Below, piece by piece: positions 10,255 to 21,476 of a DNA stretch of 64,000 nt. The notes under the pieces are model-generated. The model saw nothing but the letters and a program-made list of their open reading frames with translations. It did not search any database and was not told where the DNA came from. Source of the DNA: an uncultured delta proteobacterium (GTDB taxonomy: Bacteria > Myxococcota_A > UBA9160 > UBA4427); the NCBI GenBank assembly GCA_963822965.1, contig CAWGJT010000005.1:768001-832000 (forward strand), read 5' to 3'. The translations under genes were made by a program, and so were the position numbers. Positions within the stretch are counted from its first letter, which is position 1; each line of letters begins with the position of its first letter.

Positions 10255-10555
10255 GTCGCACGCCCCCCAAAACCGTGCTCTCGAGACCAGTCATGGCGGT
10301 TGCCATTGTCTCGCGTCGCGCCAAGGTCTGGAAGCAGAATCTGCACGCGAGGATGTTTCGGGTCATCCTGGGGCGTCTGAGACCCCGTCAGAAGGCCAAT
10401 GAGGAGCCTCTGCGCCGGCGGCATCGAGACGACCGAAGCCGGGGGCCGGAAAGCACCTAGGGGTTTCCACCCGCGCAAGAGCCGCTCCGGCCTCCGATCT
10501 TTCGCCGCCCGGTCTGCGTCCGTGGGGACCTCCTCCGCGGCTCGCCGGAGATGTG

Positions 10556-11755
10556 TCAGTGGAGAGAGGCGGCCTGCCTCGACCCCACCAGCGCCGACAC
10601 CGCGTCCTCGATGCCGTCGACACTGAGATGGAACATGGGGAAGATGCGCTGGACCACCCGACACGTCTGGCTGTGGTTCCAGATCTTCGGCGGGTCCGGG
10701 TTGAGCCACACGCACCGCTCGAAGTGGCTCGAGATCCGCGACAGCCAGTCGATGCCGCGGGTCTCCGATTCGTAGCGCGGGTTGATGTTGCCGCGCGGGC
10801 TCATCAGCTCGGCGGGATGCATGGCGGCGTCGCCGACGATCATCACCTTCCAGCGCTCGTCCAGCGTCCGCAGGATGTCGCCCGTCGGCAGCGGCTCTCC
10901 GGCATAGAGTCGCGCCGTCCGGCCGACGGTCTCGTAGACGCAGTTGTGGAAGTAGTACGCCCGGAGCTCGCGGAGGCCGCGCTCCTCGTGCAGCGCCGTC
11001 AGCAGCCGGCTCACCGGCGCGTAGTAGGGATCCATGGTGCCGCCCACGTCCATCAGGAGAAGCAGACGGACGTTGTTGCGCTTCTCCTGGCTGAACACGA
11101 CCTCGATCTCGCCGCCGTTCTTGCAGGTCTCGTCGACGCTCTCGTCGATGTCGAGCTTGTCGTACGGCCCCGAACGCGTGAGGTGCCGCAGACGCTTGAG
11201 GGCGACCTTCGTCTGTCGTAGATCCAGGGTCGAGTCGGTCCGGTAGTCCTCGAAGCGCCGATCCTCGGCGACCTTCATCGCCGAGCGCCCGCGACTCTGG
11301 CCGCCCACCCGGATGCCGGTGGGGTGCTCGCCGCCGTGCCCGAACGGAGAATGACCGCCGGTGCCGACCCAGCGCCCGCCGCCGTCGTGCCGCTCGTCCT
11401 GCTCCTCGAGCGTCTCCAGGAACTTCCGCATCAGCTCGTCCGCGTCGAGACGCTGCAGGGCGGCGCGCTGCTCGTCCGTCAGGCCGTCGAAGCTCTTGGG
11501 ATCGTTCAGCCACTGCTCGAGCTCTTCGCTCAGGCTGAGCTCACCCTCGACGCCGTGGAAGATGCGCGCGAAGACGCGATCGAAGGCGTCGAAGTAGGTC
11601 TCGCTCTTGACGAGGGTCGCCCGCGAGAGGTGGTAGAAGGAGAGCAGATTCGACCCGTGCAGGCCCTTCTCGAGGGCCGACATGAGCATCTGCCACTCCT
11701 GGATGGAGACGGGCACGCCCTCGTCGCGCAGGCCATAGAAGAGATCGAGGAACAC
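10556..11755 (-). CDS. VWA domain (CoxE-like) protein, partner of the MoxR ATPase
   Basis: MFLDLFYGLRDEGVPVS...FDAFDRVF, RHDGGGRWVGTGGHSPFGHGG, LLLMDVGGTMDPY, YYFHNC, GDAAMHP. Confidence 0.88.
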   Translation of the reverse strand: MFLDLFYGLRDEGVPVSIQEWQMLMSALEKGLHGSNLLSFYHLSRATLVKSETYFDAFDRVFARIFHGVEGELSLSEELEQWLNDPKSFDGLTDEQRAALQRLDADELMRKFLETLEEQDERHDGGGRWVGTGGHSPFGHGGEHPTGIRVGGQSRGRSAMKVAEDRRFEDYRTDSTLDLRQTKVALKRLRHLTRSGPYDKLDIDESVDETCKNGGEIEVVFSQEKRNNVRLLLLMDVGGTMDPYYAPVSRLLTALHEERGLRELRAYYFHNCVYETVGRTARLYAGEPLPTGDILRTLDERWKVMIVGDAAMHPAELMSPRGNINPRYESETRGIDWLSRISSHFERCVWLNPDPPKIWNHSQTCRVVQRIFPMFHLSVDGIEDAVSALVGSRQAASLH

Positions 11756-11764
11756 GGCGACGTC

Positions 11765-12661
11765 CTACTGGTTGTACTTGGGGCCGAGATCGCTCCACTG
11801 ACTCGGCATGCGTCCGCCGCCCTCGGCGTAGCTCTGGAGGGCTTCGGTGTCCTGCTCGTTCTTGAGCAGCGAGCCGAGGAAGGGGATGTGGCTCTCGAGC
11901 TGCCCGGGCGTGATGCCCGAACGCATCAGGGCCGCGATCCAGTCGATGAGCTCGGACGTGGAGGGCTTCTTGCGCAGCTCGTTCTGGCCTCGCAGCCAGT
12001 AGAACTTGATCAGCACCTGGTCGAGCAGGGTCGTGTCGAGGTTCGGGTGGTGGACGTCGACGATCTGCTTCATCAGGGGCACGTCCGGAAACTCGATGAA
12101 GTGGAAGACGCAGCGGCGCAGGAACGCGTCCGGCAGCTCCTTCTCGTTGTTGGAGGTGATGATCACCACCGGCCGCTCCCGGGCGGCGACCTCGTCGCCC
12201 GTCTCCATCACCGTGAAGCGCATCTCGTCGATCTCGCGCAGGATGTCGTTCGGGAACTCCAGGTCGGCCTTGTCGATCTCGTCGATCAGCAGCACGTGGC
12301 GGTTCGGCGCCGCGAAGACGCGACCGAGGGGGCCCAGCTTGATGTAGTGCCGGACGTCGCTGACCTCTCCCTCCCCGAAGCGGGCGTCGTTCAGTCGCTG
12401 CAGGGTGTCGTAGACGTAGAGCCCCTCGCTGGCCTTGGACGTGGACTTGATGTGCCACGAATCCATCGGCAGGCCGAGCCCCTTCGCCACGTGCATGGCC
12501 AGCAGGGTCTTGCCGGTCCCCGGCTCTCCCTTGATGAGGAGCGGCCGCTCGAGCGCGATCGCGCAGTTGACCGCCTCCACCAGGGCCGGGGACACGATGT
12601 ATCCATCGGTGCCCTTGAACTGGTAGAAGTCGCTGGCTGCGGGGCTGGCGGGCATGGTCAT
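11765..12661 (-). CDS. MoxR-family AAA+ ATPase
   Basis: Walker A GEPGTGKT, Walker B LLIDEIDKAD, ITSNNEKELPDAFLRRC, KKPSTSELIDW. Confidence 0.92.
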   Translation of the reverse strand: MTMPASPAASDFYQFKGTDGYIVSPALVEAVNCAIALERPLLIKGEPGTGKTLLAMHVAKGLGLPMDSWHIKSTSKASEGLYVYDTLQRLNDARFGEGEVSDVRHYIKLGPLGRVFAAPNRHVLLIDEIDKADLEFPNDILREIDEMRFTVMETGDEVAARERPVVIITSNNEKELPDAFLRRCVFHFIEFPDVPLMKQIVDVHHPNLDTTLLDQVLIKFYWLRGQNELRKKPSTSELIDWIAALMRSGITPGQLESHIPFLGSLLKNEQDTEALQSYAEGGGRMPSQWSDLGPKYNQ

Positions 12662-12875
12662 CCTTCTCTCGGATCCGGCCAGGGCCGGCTCGGTAGGGGG
12701 GCGAAGCTGCGCCGTGCTCGCGACCCGTCCGGGCGAGCGGCAGGCGTCTCGCGTCCTGGTGTCTTAGGGTTGACCGACATGTTGGCGCGACCCGGTCGCT
12801 GTCGCAAATCCGCCACAGGGGCCGGCCCCGGCCGCACCCGCTCGAGAGCGATCGAGCATCGAGGAGGAAGCTCCC

Positions 12876-13868
12876 ATGCGATTCCTGCTGAAGGCCGTCG
12901 GCTTCCTGCTGCTCGCCGGGATCGTTCTCGCCGGCGGCCTGCTTGCGTGGGAGCACCTCGAGATCCGACGAATCGACCCGACGCTGCCGCCCATCGCCGA
13001 CCTGCTGGAGCCGGACCTCAACAGCGACCTTCCCGTGCGCCTCACGTGGATCAACACGGCGAGCCAGCCCATGCCGCGCGCGGCGGTCCTCGAGCCCGAT
13101 CTCGACCCGCATCCGGAAGAGGCGTACACGATGAGCCACCCCACCTTCGTGGTGGAGTGGCCGGACGGTCGTCTCTTCCTGATCGACATGGGGATGAACG
13201 CCGAGGCCGCGATCGACTTCGGGCGGCCTCTCGAGCTGCTGGCCGACGCGGATCCGATCGTGCCCCATGCGTCCACGTCGACGCGGCTCGGCGAGGCCCG
13301 ATCCCGGGTGGCCGGGATCGCGTTCACCCACATGCACACGGACCACACGACCGGCCTGCTCGACTTCTGCCGGGATCGGGCTCCGGGGAGCCCGCCGGTG
13401 CCGGTCTTCCAGCACCACGAGCAGGTGTCCCGGTTCAACCACACGACGCGTCCCGCCAAGCTGCAGCTCGAGCAGGCCGACTGCATCGAGCGGCGGAGCC
13501 TGGGCGCCGGCAGCGGGCTGATCCCGGTCGACGGCTTCAAGGGGCTGTTCGCGATTCCCGCCGGCGGTCACACGCCGGGCAGCACGATGTACGTCGTGCA
13601 GGTGCGCGGCCGCACGGACGGGGAGGGAGGACGGGCGGACGACGTCGAGACGTGGGTGCTCACCGGAGACGTGGTGAATCACGTCCAGGGCATCGAGCTC
13701 GGGCTGCCGAAGCCCCGGCTCTACAGCCTGCTGATGGTTCCGGAGGACGACGGTCGCCTGGGACGCGTCCGCGACTTCCTGCAGGAGCTCGGCGGCCGCC
13801 CGGGCGTGACCCTCCTGGTCTCCCACGACCAGAACGAGATCCAGAGCACCGGGCTCGCGCGCTGGTGA
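12876..13868 (+). CDS. MBL-fold metallo-hydrolase with an N-terminal signal/anchor (AHL-lactonase-like)
   Basis: LIDMG, THMHTDHTTG (HxHxDH), GHTPG, LTGD, SHD. GAGGAGG RBS. Confidence 0.85.
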   Translation: MRFLLKAVGFLLLAGIVLAGGLLAWEHLEIRRIDPTLPPIADLLEPDLNSDLPVRLTWINTASQPMPRAAVLEPDLDPHPEEAYTMSHPTFVVEWPDGRLFLIDMGMNAEAAIDFGRPLELLADADPIVPHASTSTRLGEARSRVAGIAFTHMHTDHTTGLLDFCRDRAPGSPPVPVFQHHEQVSRFNHTTRPAKLQLEQADCIERRSLGAGSGLIPVDGFKGLFAIPAGGHTPGSTMYVVQVRGRTDGEGGRADDVETWVLTGDVVNHVQGIELGLPKPRLYSLLMVPEDDGRLGRVRDFLQELGGRPGVTLLVSHDQNEIQSTGLARW

Positions 13869-13876
13869 GCCCGCGA

Positions 13877-13985
13877 CCCGCGCGACCGGAAGCCTCTCGG
13901 CCCGCGCGACCGGAAGCCTCTCGGCCCGCGCGACCGGAAGCCTCTCGGCCCGCGCGACCAGAAACCTCTCGGCCCGCGCGACCGA
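13877..13985. repeat. 24-bp tandem repeat, about 4.5 copies (CCCGCGCGACCGGAAGCCTCTCGG)
   Basis: Copies start at 13877, 13901, 13925, 13949 (2 mismatches) and 13973 (partial), between convergent genes. Confidence 0.95.
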
Positions 13986-13991
13986 AGCAGC

Positions 13992-15065
13992 TCAGGCGCG
14001 CTCGTGTACCAGCAGGCTCTTCTTGTCCTCGAAGAGCACGCTGATCTTCCCGACTCCCGTGATCGCCTGCACGACCCCCTCGCCGAGGGTCGGGTGCTGG
14101 ATGCGATCGCCGGGCTCGTAGCTCTCGCGGATCGCGTACTTGCGCGGCGGCCGGGAGAGATCGGGCTCGACGATGGCGTCCTCCTCTCCCGTCTTCGGAC
14201 GCGACTTGGGCTTGGGCTTGAGCTTGCCCGCCCGTGCCTCCCACGCCGGCCCGAGCTGGGGCGCCGTCTGGAGCACCGGCCCTTCCTCGCCGTAGTCCCA
14301 TCCCGGATCCCCCTCGACGTCGATACCGAGATAGACGATCTCGACGCCCGTGATCTCGGGAACCTCTCGTGCGATCCGATCGAGCTCGCGGATCCAGGCC
14401 GCGCCCTTCTGGGCCTCTCGCTTGCGGCAGATCTCCCAGTAGCGGGAGCTTCCGAGCAGGAGGAGCGCGGGCGGCTCCGAAGAAACGGTCCGGCCGGTGG
14501 CGGCCTGCACCTCTTCCGCGATCGCCTCGCGGTTCGCGTCGACGATGGCGGTCCAGGCGAGACCCTCGAGCAGCGCCCGAAGCGGGGTGTCCCCCGTGCC
14601 ACCACGTGTCGCCGACGGCGGCACGTACTTGACCACCACGGCCGCCAGGCGATCGTCCGGCAGGAGCCCCAGCAGGTCCACCTTGCCGATGCCCTTGTTG
14701 GGATCGGCGTCGCCCAGGGCCTTGTCCGGTGCCGCGGTGGCCAGGGGCACCTGGTAGTCGACCAGGGTGAGCGCGCCGCCGGCGGGAAGCTCCAGTCCCT
14801 GGCTCTCGCCCTCGCCGAGGCTGGCGGCGAGCAGCGCCATCGCGAAGTGTTCGGCGTCCTTGTTGTTGCGTCGGCTCGTAGGAGGCTTCGGATGCGACGC
14901 CAGGTACTTCTTGCCGGCCTCGTGGCGGCGGGGCGCGTTCGCGACCTCCTGCTTGTACTGCGCGTCCAGCGACTCACCGTTCAGGCCCTCGGCCACCTGA
15001 CGGAAGCCCTTCGCCTGCTTGACTTCTCGGGAGCTCGCGAGCTCGATGAGCGGGTGGCGTTCCAT
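13992..15065 (-). CDS. Hypothetical protein: PD-(D/E)XK-like domain plus a C-terminal Tudor/SH3-like domain
   Basis: DYQVPL...GKVDLLG...DRLAAVVVK...GDTPLRALLEGL. C-terminus YEPGDRIQHPTLGEGVVQAITGVGKISVLF. Confidence 0.6.
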   Translation of the reverse strand: MERHPLIELASSREVKQAKGFRQVAEGLNGESLDAQYKQEVANAPRRHEAGKKYLASHPKPPTSRRNNKDAEHFAMALLAASLGEGESQGLELPAGGALTLVDYQVPLATAAPDKALGDADPNKGIGKVDLLGLLPDDRLAAVVVKYVPPSATRGGTGDTPLRALLEGLAWTAIVDANREAIAEEVQAATGRTVSSEPPALLLLGSSRYWEICRKREAQKGAAWIRELDRIAREVPEITGVEIVYLGIDVEGDPGWDYGEEGPVLQTAPQLGPAWEARAGKLKPKPKSRPKTGEEDAIVEPDLSRPPRKYAIRESYEPGDRIQHPTLGEGVVQAITGVGKISVLFEDKKSLLVHERA

Positions 15066-15285
15066 GTATCTCCCAGCAAATTCGTTGGATTGGATCGAGC
15101 ATGATAGACCGCTCGACCACATCCTTCCAAATTGCCGATCTGCGGGAGCTTCAGGCCGCGTCACGCGGGTTCCTGCGCCGGAGCCCCGACGCACGAACGG
15201 CCCCGGCAGACGCCGGGGCCGCTCGAATCGTCGTCGTGCCGAGGCTCCCAGCGAGCGCAGTGGCCCTCAGCGAGCGCCGCGGCCC

Positions 15286-15489
15286 TCAGCGAGGATGCAC
15301 GTTGCTGGCTTCGGGCCCCTTGCGGCCCTCGGTCGTCTCGTACTCCACCGGCTGCCCGTCGGTCAGATTGCGGAACCCGTCTCCCACGATGTTCGAATAG
15401 TGGACGAACAGGTCCTTGCCACCGTCGTCGGGGGTGATGAACCCGTATCCCTTCTGCTCGCTGAACCACTTCACTACACCAGTCGCCAA
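15286..15489 (-). CDS. Cold-shock protein (CspA family)
   Basis: [16 protein letters not shown] (RNP1), DLFVHYS (RNP2). TTG start after a GAGGAG RBS. Confidence 0.95.
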   Translation of the reverse strand: MATGVVKWFSEQKGYGFITPDDGGKDLFVHYSNIVGDGFRNLTDGQPVEYETTEGRKGPEASNVHPR

Positions 15490-15980
15490 GACGCTCTCCT
15501 CGATTCTCGATTGCCTGCACGAGGCCGCAGACCCCGTCCTTCTCCGGTGTCACCTGGCGACCCGTCCGCCGCCCGGCACCCGGGAAAAACTAGCGTCCCC
15601 ACCCGTCGCGGCGCATGACTCGTCGGGGCGACGCCGGCTGCCGGCAAGGCTCTGACGCGCCAGAAACGGACGCATCCCGGGGCCCTCGGTGCACGCTGTG
15701 CAATCGAGCGCCACCGGGCTCCGGTCGACGGCTCGCCGCCGTGACCCCATGGGCTCGACCGATGAGAGGAGTTCATGGGACGTTCGCCCTCCCGAGTCGC
15801 CCGCGCCGAGCGAGGGAGCACCCGCTTCGCTGGATCCGGCTCCCGAGCCGTCGAACGACGACGTTCCTCGGGCTCGGGCTCGTCGCGCCGCGGCCCGCCG
15901 GCGACCCCGACGCGGGTAGCGTTCGACCTCCCACCGCCTCGGCCGACCGCCTGGGATCCGTTGTGCTACACGCAGCGGGC

Positions 15981-16862
15981 GTGAGCGCAGTCCTCGACGA
16001 GCTACTGGAAATCCTCGATCTCGAAGAGATCGACTTCAACATCTTCCGCGGCCGCAACGAGAGGGCGCGGCAGGGACGTCTCTTCGGCGGCCAGGTGGCC
16101 GCCCAGGCCCTGGTGGCCGCCGGGCGCACCGTCGAGGGCGGCCTCCCGGTCCACTCCCTGCACGGCTACTTCCTGCGGCCCGGCGACCCCCGGGTGCCCG
16201 TCGTCTACACCGTCGACCGGATCCGGGACGGCCGCTCGTTCGTCACCCGGCGCGTGCTCTGCCAGCAGCGCGGCAAGGCCATCTTCAACATGTCCGCCTC
16301 CTTCCACGCTCCCGAGTTCAGCTACGAGCACCAGGACGAGATGCCCGAGGCCCCGCCGCCCGAAGCCGTCCCCACCTGGCGGGAGCGGATGGAGAAGGTG
16401 TGGGACCGGCTCCCGGAGGAGATGAAGAAGGTGGCGCCGGGCGAGCGACCCATCGACGTGCGACACGTGGAGGCCCCGACCTATCTGGGGGGCGGACCCT
16501 CGCGCGGCCCCGCACACGTGTGGATGAAGGTGACGGGTCCCCTCCCCGACGACCCCTTCCTCCACCAGTGCCTGCTCACCTACGCGACGGACATCTCGTT
16601 GCTCGACAACATCCTCCGGCCGCACGGGCGGCTGGGGACGCTCGGACCGATGATGGTCGCGAGCATCGACCACGCTGTCTGGTTCCACCGGCCCCTGCGC
16701 TTCGACGAGTGGCTCCTCTACGTCCAGGACAGCCCGGCCGCCTTCGGCGCCCGGGGATTCGCGCGCGGTGCGCTCTACACGCGAGAGGGCGTGCGCGTGG
16801 CCTCGGCCGCCCAGGAGGGCCTCATGCGGCCCGTGAAGGAGGCCGAGGACCGCTCGCAGTAG
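15981..16862 (+). CDS. tesB: Acyl-CoA thioesterase II
   Basis: LDLEEIDFNIFRG, RLFGGQVAAQAL, HSLHGYFLRPGD, RIRDGRSF, ASIDHAVWFH, QEGLMR. Confidence 0.9.
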   Translation: MSAVLDELLEILDLEEIDFNIFRGRNERARQGRLFGGQVAAQALVAAGRTVEGGLPVHSLHGYFLRPGDPRVPVVYTVDRIRDGRSFVTRRVLCQQRGKAIFNMSASFHAPEFSYEHQDEMPEAPPPEAVPTWRERMEKVWDRLPEEMKKVAPGERPIDVRHVEAPTYLGGGPSRGPAHVWMKVTGPLPDDPFLHQCLLTYATDISLLDNILRPHGRLGTLGPMMVASIDHAVWFHRPLRFDEWLLYVQDSPAAFGARGFARGALYTREGVRVASAAQEGLMRPVKEAEDRSQ

Positions 16863-16905
16863 CTCCCGCATCCGGGCTCTCGGGAGCCCGATTCGAGGCG
16901 ACGCC

Positions 16906-18730
<1,825 letters not shown>

Positions 18731-18741
<11 letters not shown>

Positions 18742-19993
18742 AGGTCAGCTGGAGGCTCAGCCGCCAGCGATCCGCGGGCCCGGATGCGGTGCCGTCGAAC
18801 CAGGCGAACTGGGCCAGCGCCACCAGGTAGTCGTTGATCGGACGCGCCAGCACGCTGTCCAGCTCCCAGCCGAGATGATCCCCGCCCTGGTCGCTCCAGA
18901 ACTCGTGGAAGACGATCCTGCCGTCGAGCCGCCAGGGAAGCACGGGCGCCGCGGTGAAGTGGAGATCCTGGAGCCCCCGCGGTCCCCCGTTGTTCACGAA
19001 GGCGTCGGCGAGGCCGTCGAACGGATGGGCGGTCGCGAGGGGCGTGACGAAGACGGCCTTGCCATCGTCGCTGCCGAGGAGCTCCCAGGCCGCGCCCACG
19101 CTGCCGAACCGCCCGGAGCCCAGGGTCGCGCCCAGCCAGACGTAGTGCGCCCGGTAGTCGACCGGATTGTCCGCAGCGTCGGTCTGGTAGGCGTAGGAGA
19201 CCGCGTAGGAGAGGAAGTGGTCGTCGCCCAGGTCCGCTGTCCCGGTCGCGCGCAGGCCGTAGGAGTTCGAGGAGTTGGTCGGGAAGTCTCCCTGGAAGTC
19301 GAGCAGGTAGGCGAAGAGCGTCACGTCGAAGCGCTCGAGCCCCTCGTAGTGGACCCGGGCGAGGTGGGAGTCCGAGCTCCAGTCCCGCGTGAGGTTGGTG
19401 GGTCCGTGGTTTCCGAAGACGCGCCGCACGTCCCAGACGTACACGTACTGCGCCGTGAGCCCCTCCAGCCCGAGGGTGGTCTCTCCGAGGGCGGCATCGA
19501 AGGTCTGCTCGTTCTGGCGCCACGCCACGTTCCCGACGAAGCGGGCGTCGTCGAAGACGATGCGCTGGCGACCGCCCCGGGCCCTCGCGCCCAGCCACTC
19601 CGGCTTTGCGAACTGCAGCCAGGCCTGGTTCAGCTCCGTGTTCCCGGGGTCGGCGATCAGCGACTTTCCGGTGCGCGACGAGACGCCGTCGAAGTAGCTC
19701 TCGTCGTCGAGGGACCATGTGTTCTCGAGCTCGGCGAAGCCCGAGAAGCCGTAGTAGGGCTTCGAGCCGAGCCCGGCGCGGGTGCGGATCGTGTAGGCCT
19801 GGGAGTCCGAGAAGCCCTCGATGTCCGCGAACCCGATCCGCGCGCGAACGTCGAGGGAGAGCTTGTAGAACTCGTTGTCGAGCCAGGGAAGGTCCGGATC
19901 GCGCACCGGCGCTTCCGCCATGCTCCCCGTCGCAACGAACACGGTCCAGACGCTCGAGAGCAGAGCGGCTCGCACTCGAAGTCGGATGTTCAT
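18731..19993 (-). CDS. Alginate export family (AlgE-like) outer-membrane beta-barrel
   Basis: Signal peptide, ELNQAW, GRQRIVFDDARFVGNVAWRQNEQTFDA, TPLATAHPFDG, terminal aromatic strand LQLTFTY. Confidence 0.85.
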
Positions 19994-20095
19994 CCGCCCT
20001 CCCGGGCCGAGCCCGCCGAGCCTCTCCGACGCGAGACGGCGCCGGATCCTGGGATCACGGCGCCGTCTCCTTCGGACGCAGGATCGCGAATTCGC

Positions 20096-21187
20096 TCAGT
20101 CGTAGACGATCACGCCCCGGGCGTTGACGCCGCTCTCGAGGTCCGCGAAGGCCTGCAGCGCGTCGTCGATCTTGTAGGTCTTCGTGATCATGCGGTCGAG
20201 ATCGAGCTTCCCGCTCTTGTAGAGATCGAGCAGCATCGGCATGTCGACCCGGAAGTTCGCGTTGCCGTAGAACGATCCGATCGTCTTCTTGCCCTCGACC
20301 GAGAGGAGCATGGCGTTCATGGGAACCGACTCGGTGATCCGGCCGAGGCCCACGATGCACACCGTCCCGCCCCGGCGGGCCGCCGCGTAGGCCTGGGCCA
20401 TCACCGCCGGCACGCCGATCACCTCGAACGAGTAGTCGACACCGATGCCCCCGGTGATCTCGCGCACGGGGCCCACCGGATCGCTGCTGGCGTTCACCGT
20501 GTGGGTGGCTCCGAACTCCTTCGCGAGGGCCAGCTTGTCCTCGTTCAGGTCGACGCCGATGATCGTCCCGGCGCCCGAGATGCGCGCACCCTGGATCGTC
20601 GAGAGGCCCACGCCGCCGCAGCCGAACACCGCGACGGTGGAGCCGGGGGTCACGCCCGCGGTCTTCATGGCGGCTCCCGCGCCGGTCATGACGCCGCATC
20701 CCACCAGGGCCGCCTGCTCGAAGGGCAGGTTCTTGTCGATCTTCACCACGCTGATGGCGGGAACGACCGAGTACTGCGACATGCACCCCAGGAACTGCAT
20801 GGTGGCCAGATCGGCGCCGCCCAGGTGAACCCGGGAGGTCCCGTCGAGCATCATGCCGTTCGGCGCACCCGCCGAGCAGAAGTGGTGCTCACCGCGCGAG
20901 CAGAACCAGCACTCGCCACAGCTCGGGACGAACGACATCACCACGTGGTCGCCCACCGCAACGTTGGTGACGCCCTCGCCCACCCTCTCGACGACGCCCG
21001 CGCCCTCGTGGCCGAGCACCATCGGAAGCGGCATGGGAATGGTGCCGTTCAGCACCGAGAGATCCGAGTGACACACGCCCGTGGCTCCGAGCTTCACGAG
21101 GACCTCGCCGGCCTTGGGGTCGTCGATCTCGACCTCCTCCACCGCGAGCTTGTTGAGCGCGTGCGCTACGACTGCCTTCGACTTCAT
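20096..21187 (-). CDS. Zn-dependent alcohol dehydrogenase (class III-like)
   Basis: GVCHSD, GHEGAG, CGECWFC...C structural Zn site, GCGVMTG, GCGGVG. Confidence 0.92.
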   Translation of the reverse strand: MKSKAVVAHALNKLAVEEVEIDDPKAGEVLVKLGATGVCHSDLSVLNGTIPMPLPMVLGHEGAGVVERVGEGVTNVAVGDHVVMSFVPSCGECWFCSRGEHHFCSAGAPNGMMLDGTSRVHLGGADLATMQFLGCMSQYSVVPAISVVKIDKNLPFEQAALVGCGVMTGAGAAMKTAGVTPGSTVAVFGCGGVGLSTIQGARISGAGTIIGVDLNEDKLALAKEFGATHTVNASSDPVGPVREITGGIGVDYSFEVIGVPAVMAQAYAAARRGGTVCIVGLGRITESVPMNAMLLSVEGKKTIGSFYGNANFRVDMPMLLDLYKSGKLDLDRMITKTYKIDDALQAFADLESGVNARGVIVYD

Positions 21188-21476
21188 TTCGGGGTCCTGC
21201 CTCCTTCGTTCCAGGCGCCAACCGTTTCTCGGTCGACCCGACGGCAACGAGTGATTCGCTGGGCTGCGGAGTCTAGCGGGGCCGGTGCGTCGACGATCCC
21301 TCGCCTCCCTGAACGGATCTCAGGCGCGGGCCGCCGCGCCTCCGCCGCGCGTCGACGGCACCGGCGGGCTCACCTTCCGCGGCGGATCGACCGAAATCCA
21401 GGGAGACGAGGCCGCCCTGCCCCGGGGGGAAACGGGTCGGATGCCGGTCTCGCGCTCCAGGAGACACCCCCGTCGC

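Noticed and set aside
10556..12661. MoxR/VWA pair as a novel defence system
   Set aside because: It matches the widespread MoxR plus CoxE-like chaperone pair, with no effector or conflict domains adjacent.
13877..13985. CRISPR array
   Set aside because: The repeats are directly adjacent with no unique spacers, and no cas genes are present.
15747..15778. Hairpin CCATGGGCTC...GAGTTCATGG with a CCGATGAG loop as a hammerhead ribozyme
   Set aside because: The core differs from CUGAUGA and there is no correctly placed GAAA or stem II/III.
15775..15984. 69-aa ORF with an SD-like sequence whose stop overlaps the tesB start
   Set aside because: Low-complexity Arg/Ser/Gly sequence, SD spacing of only 3 nt, and tesB has its own -10-like box.
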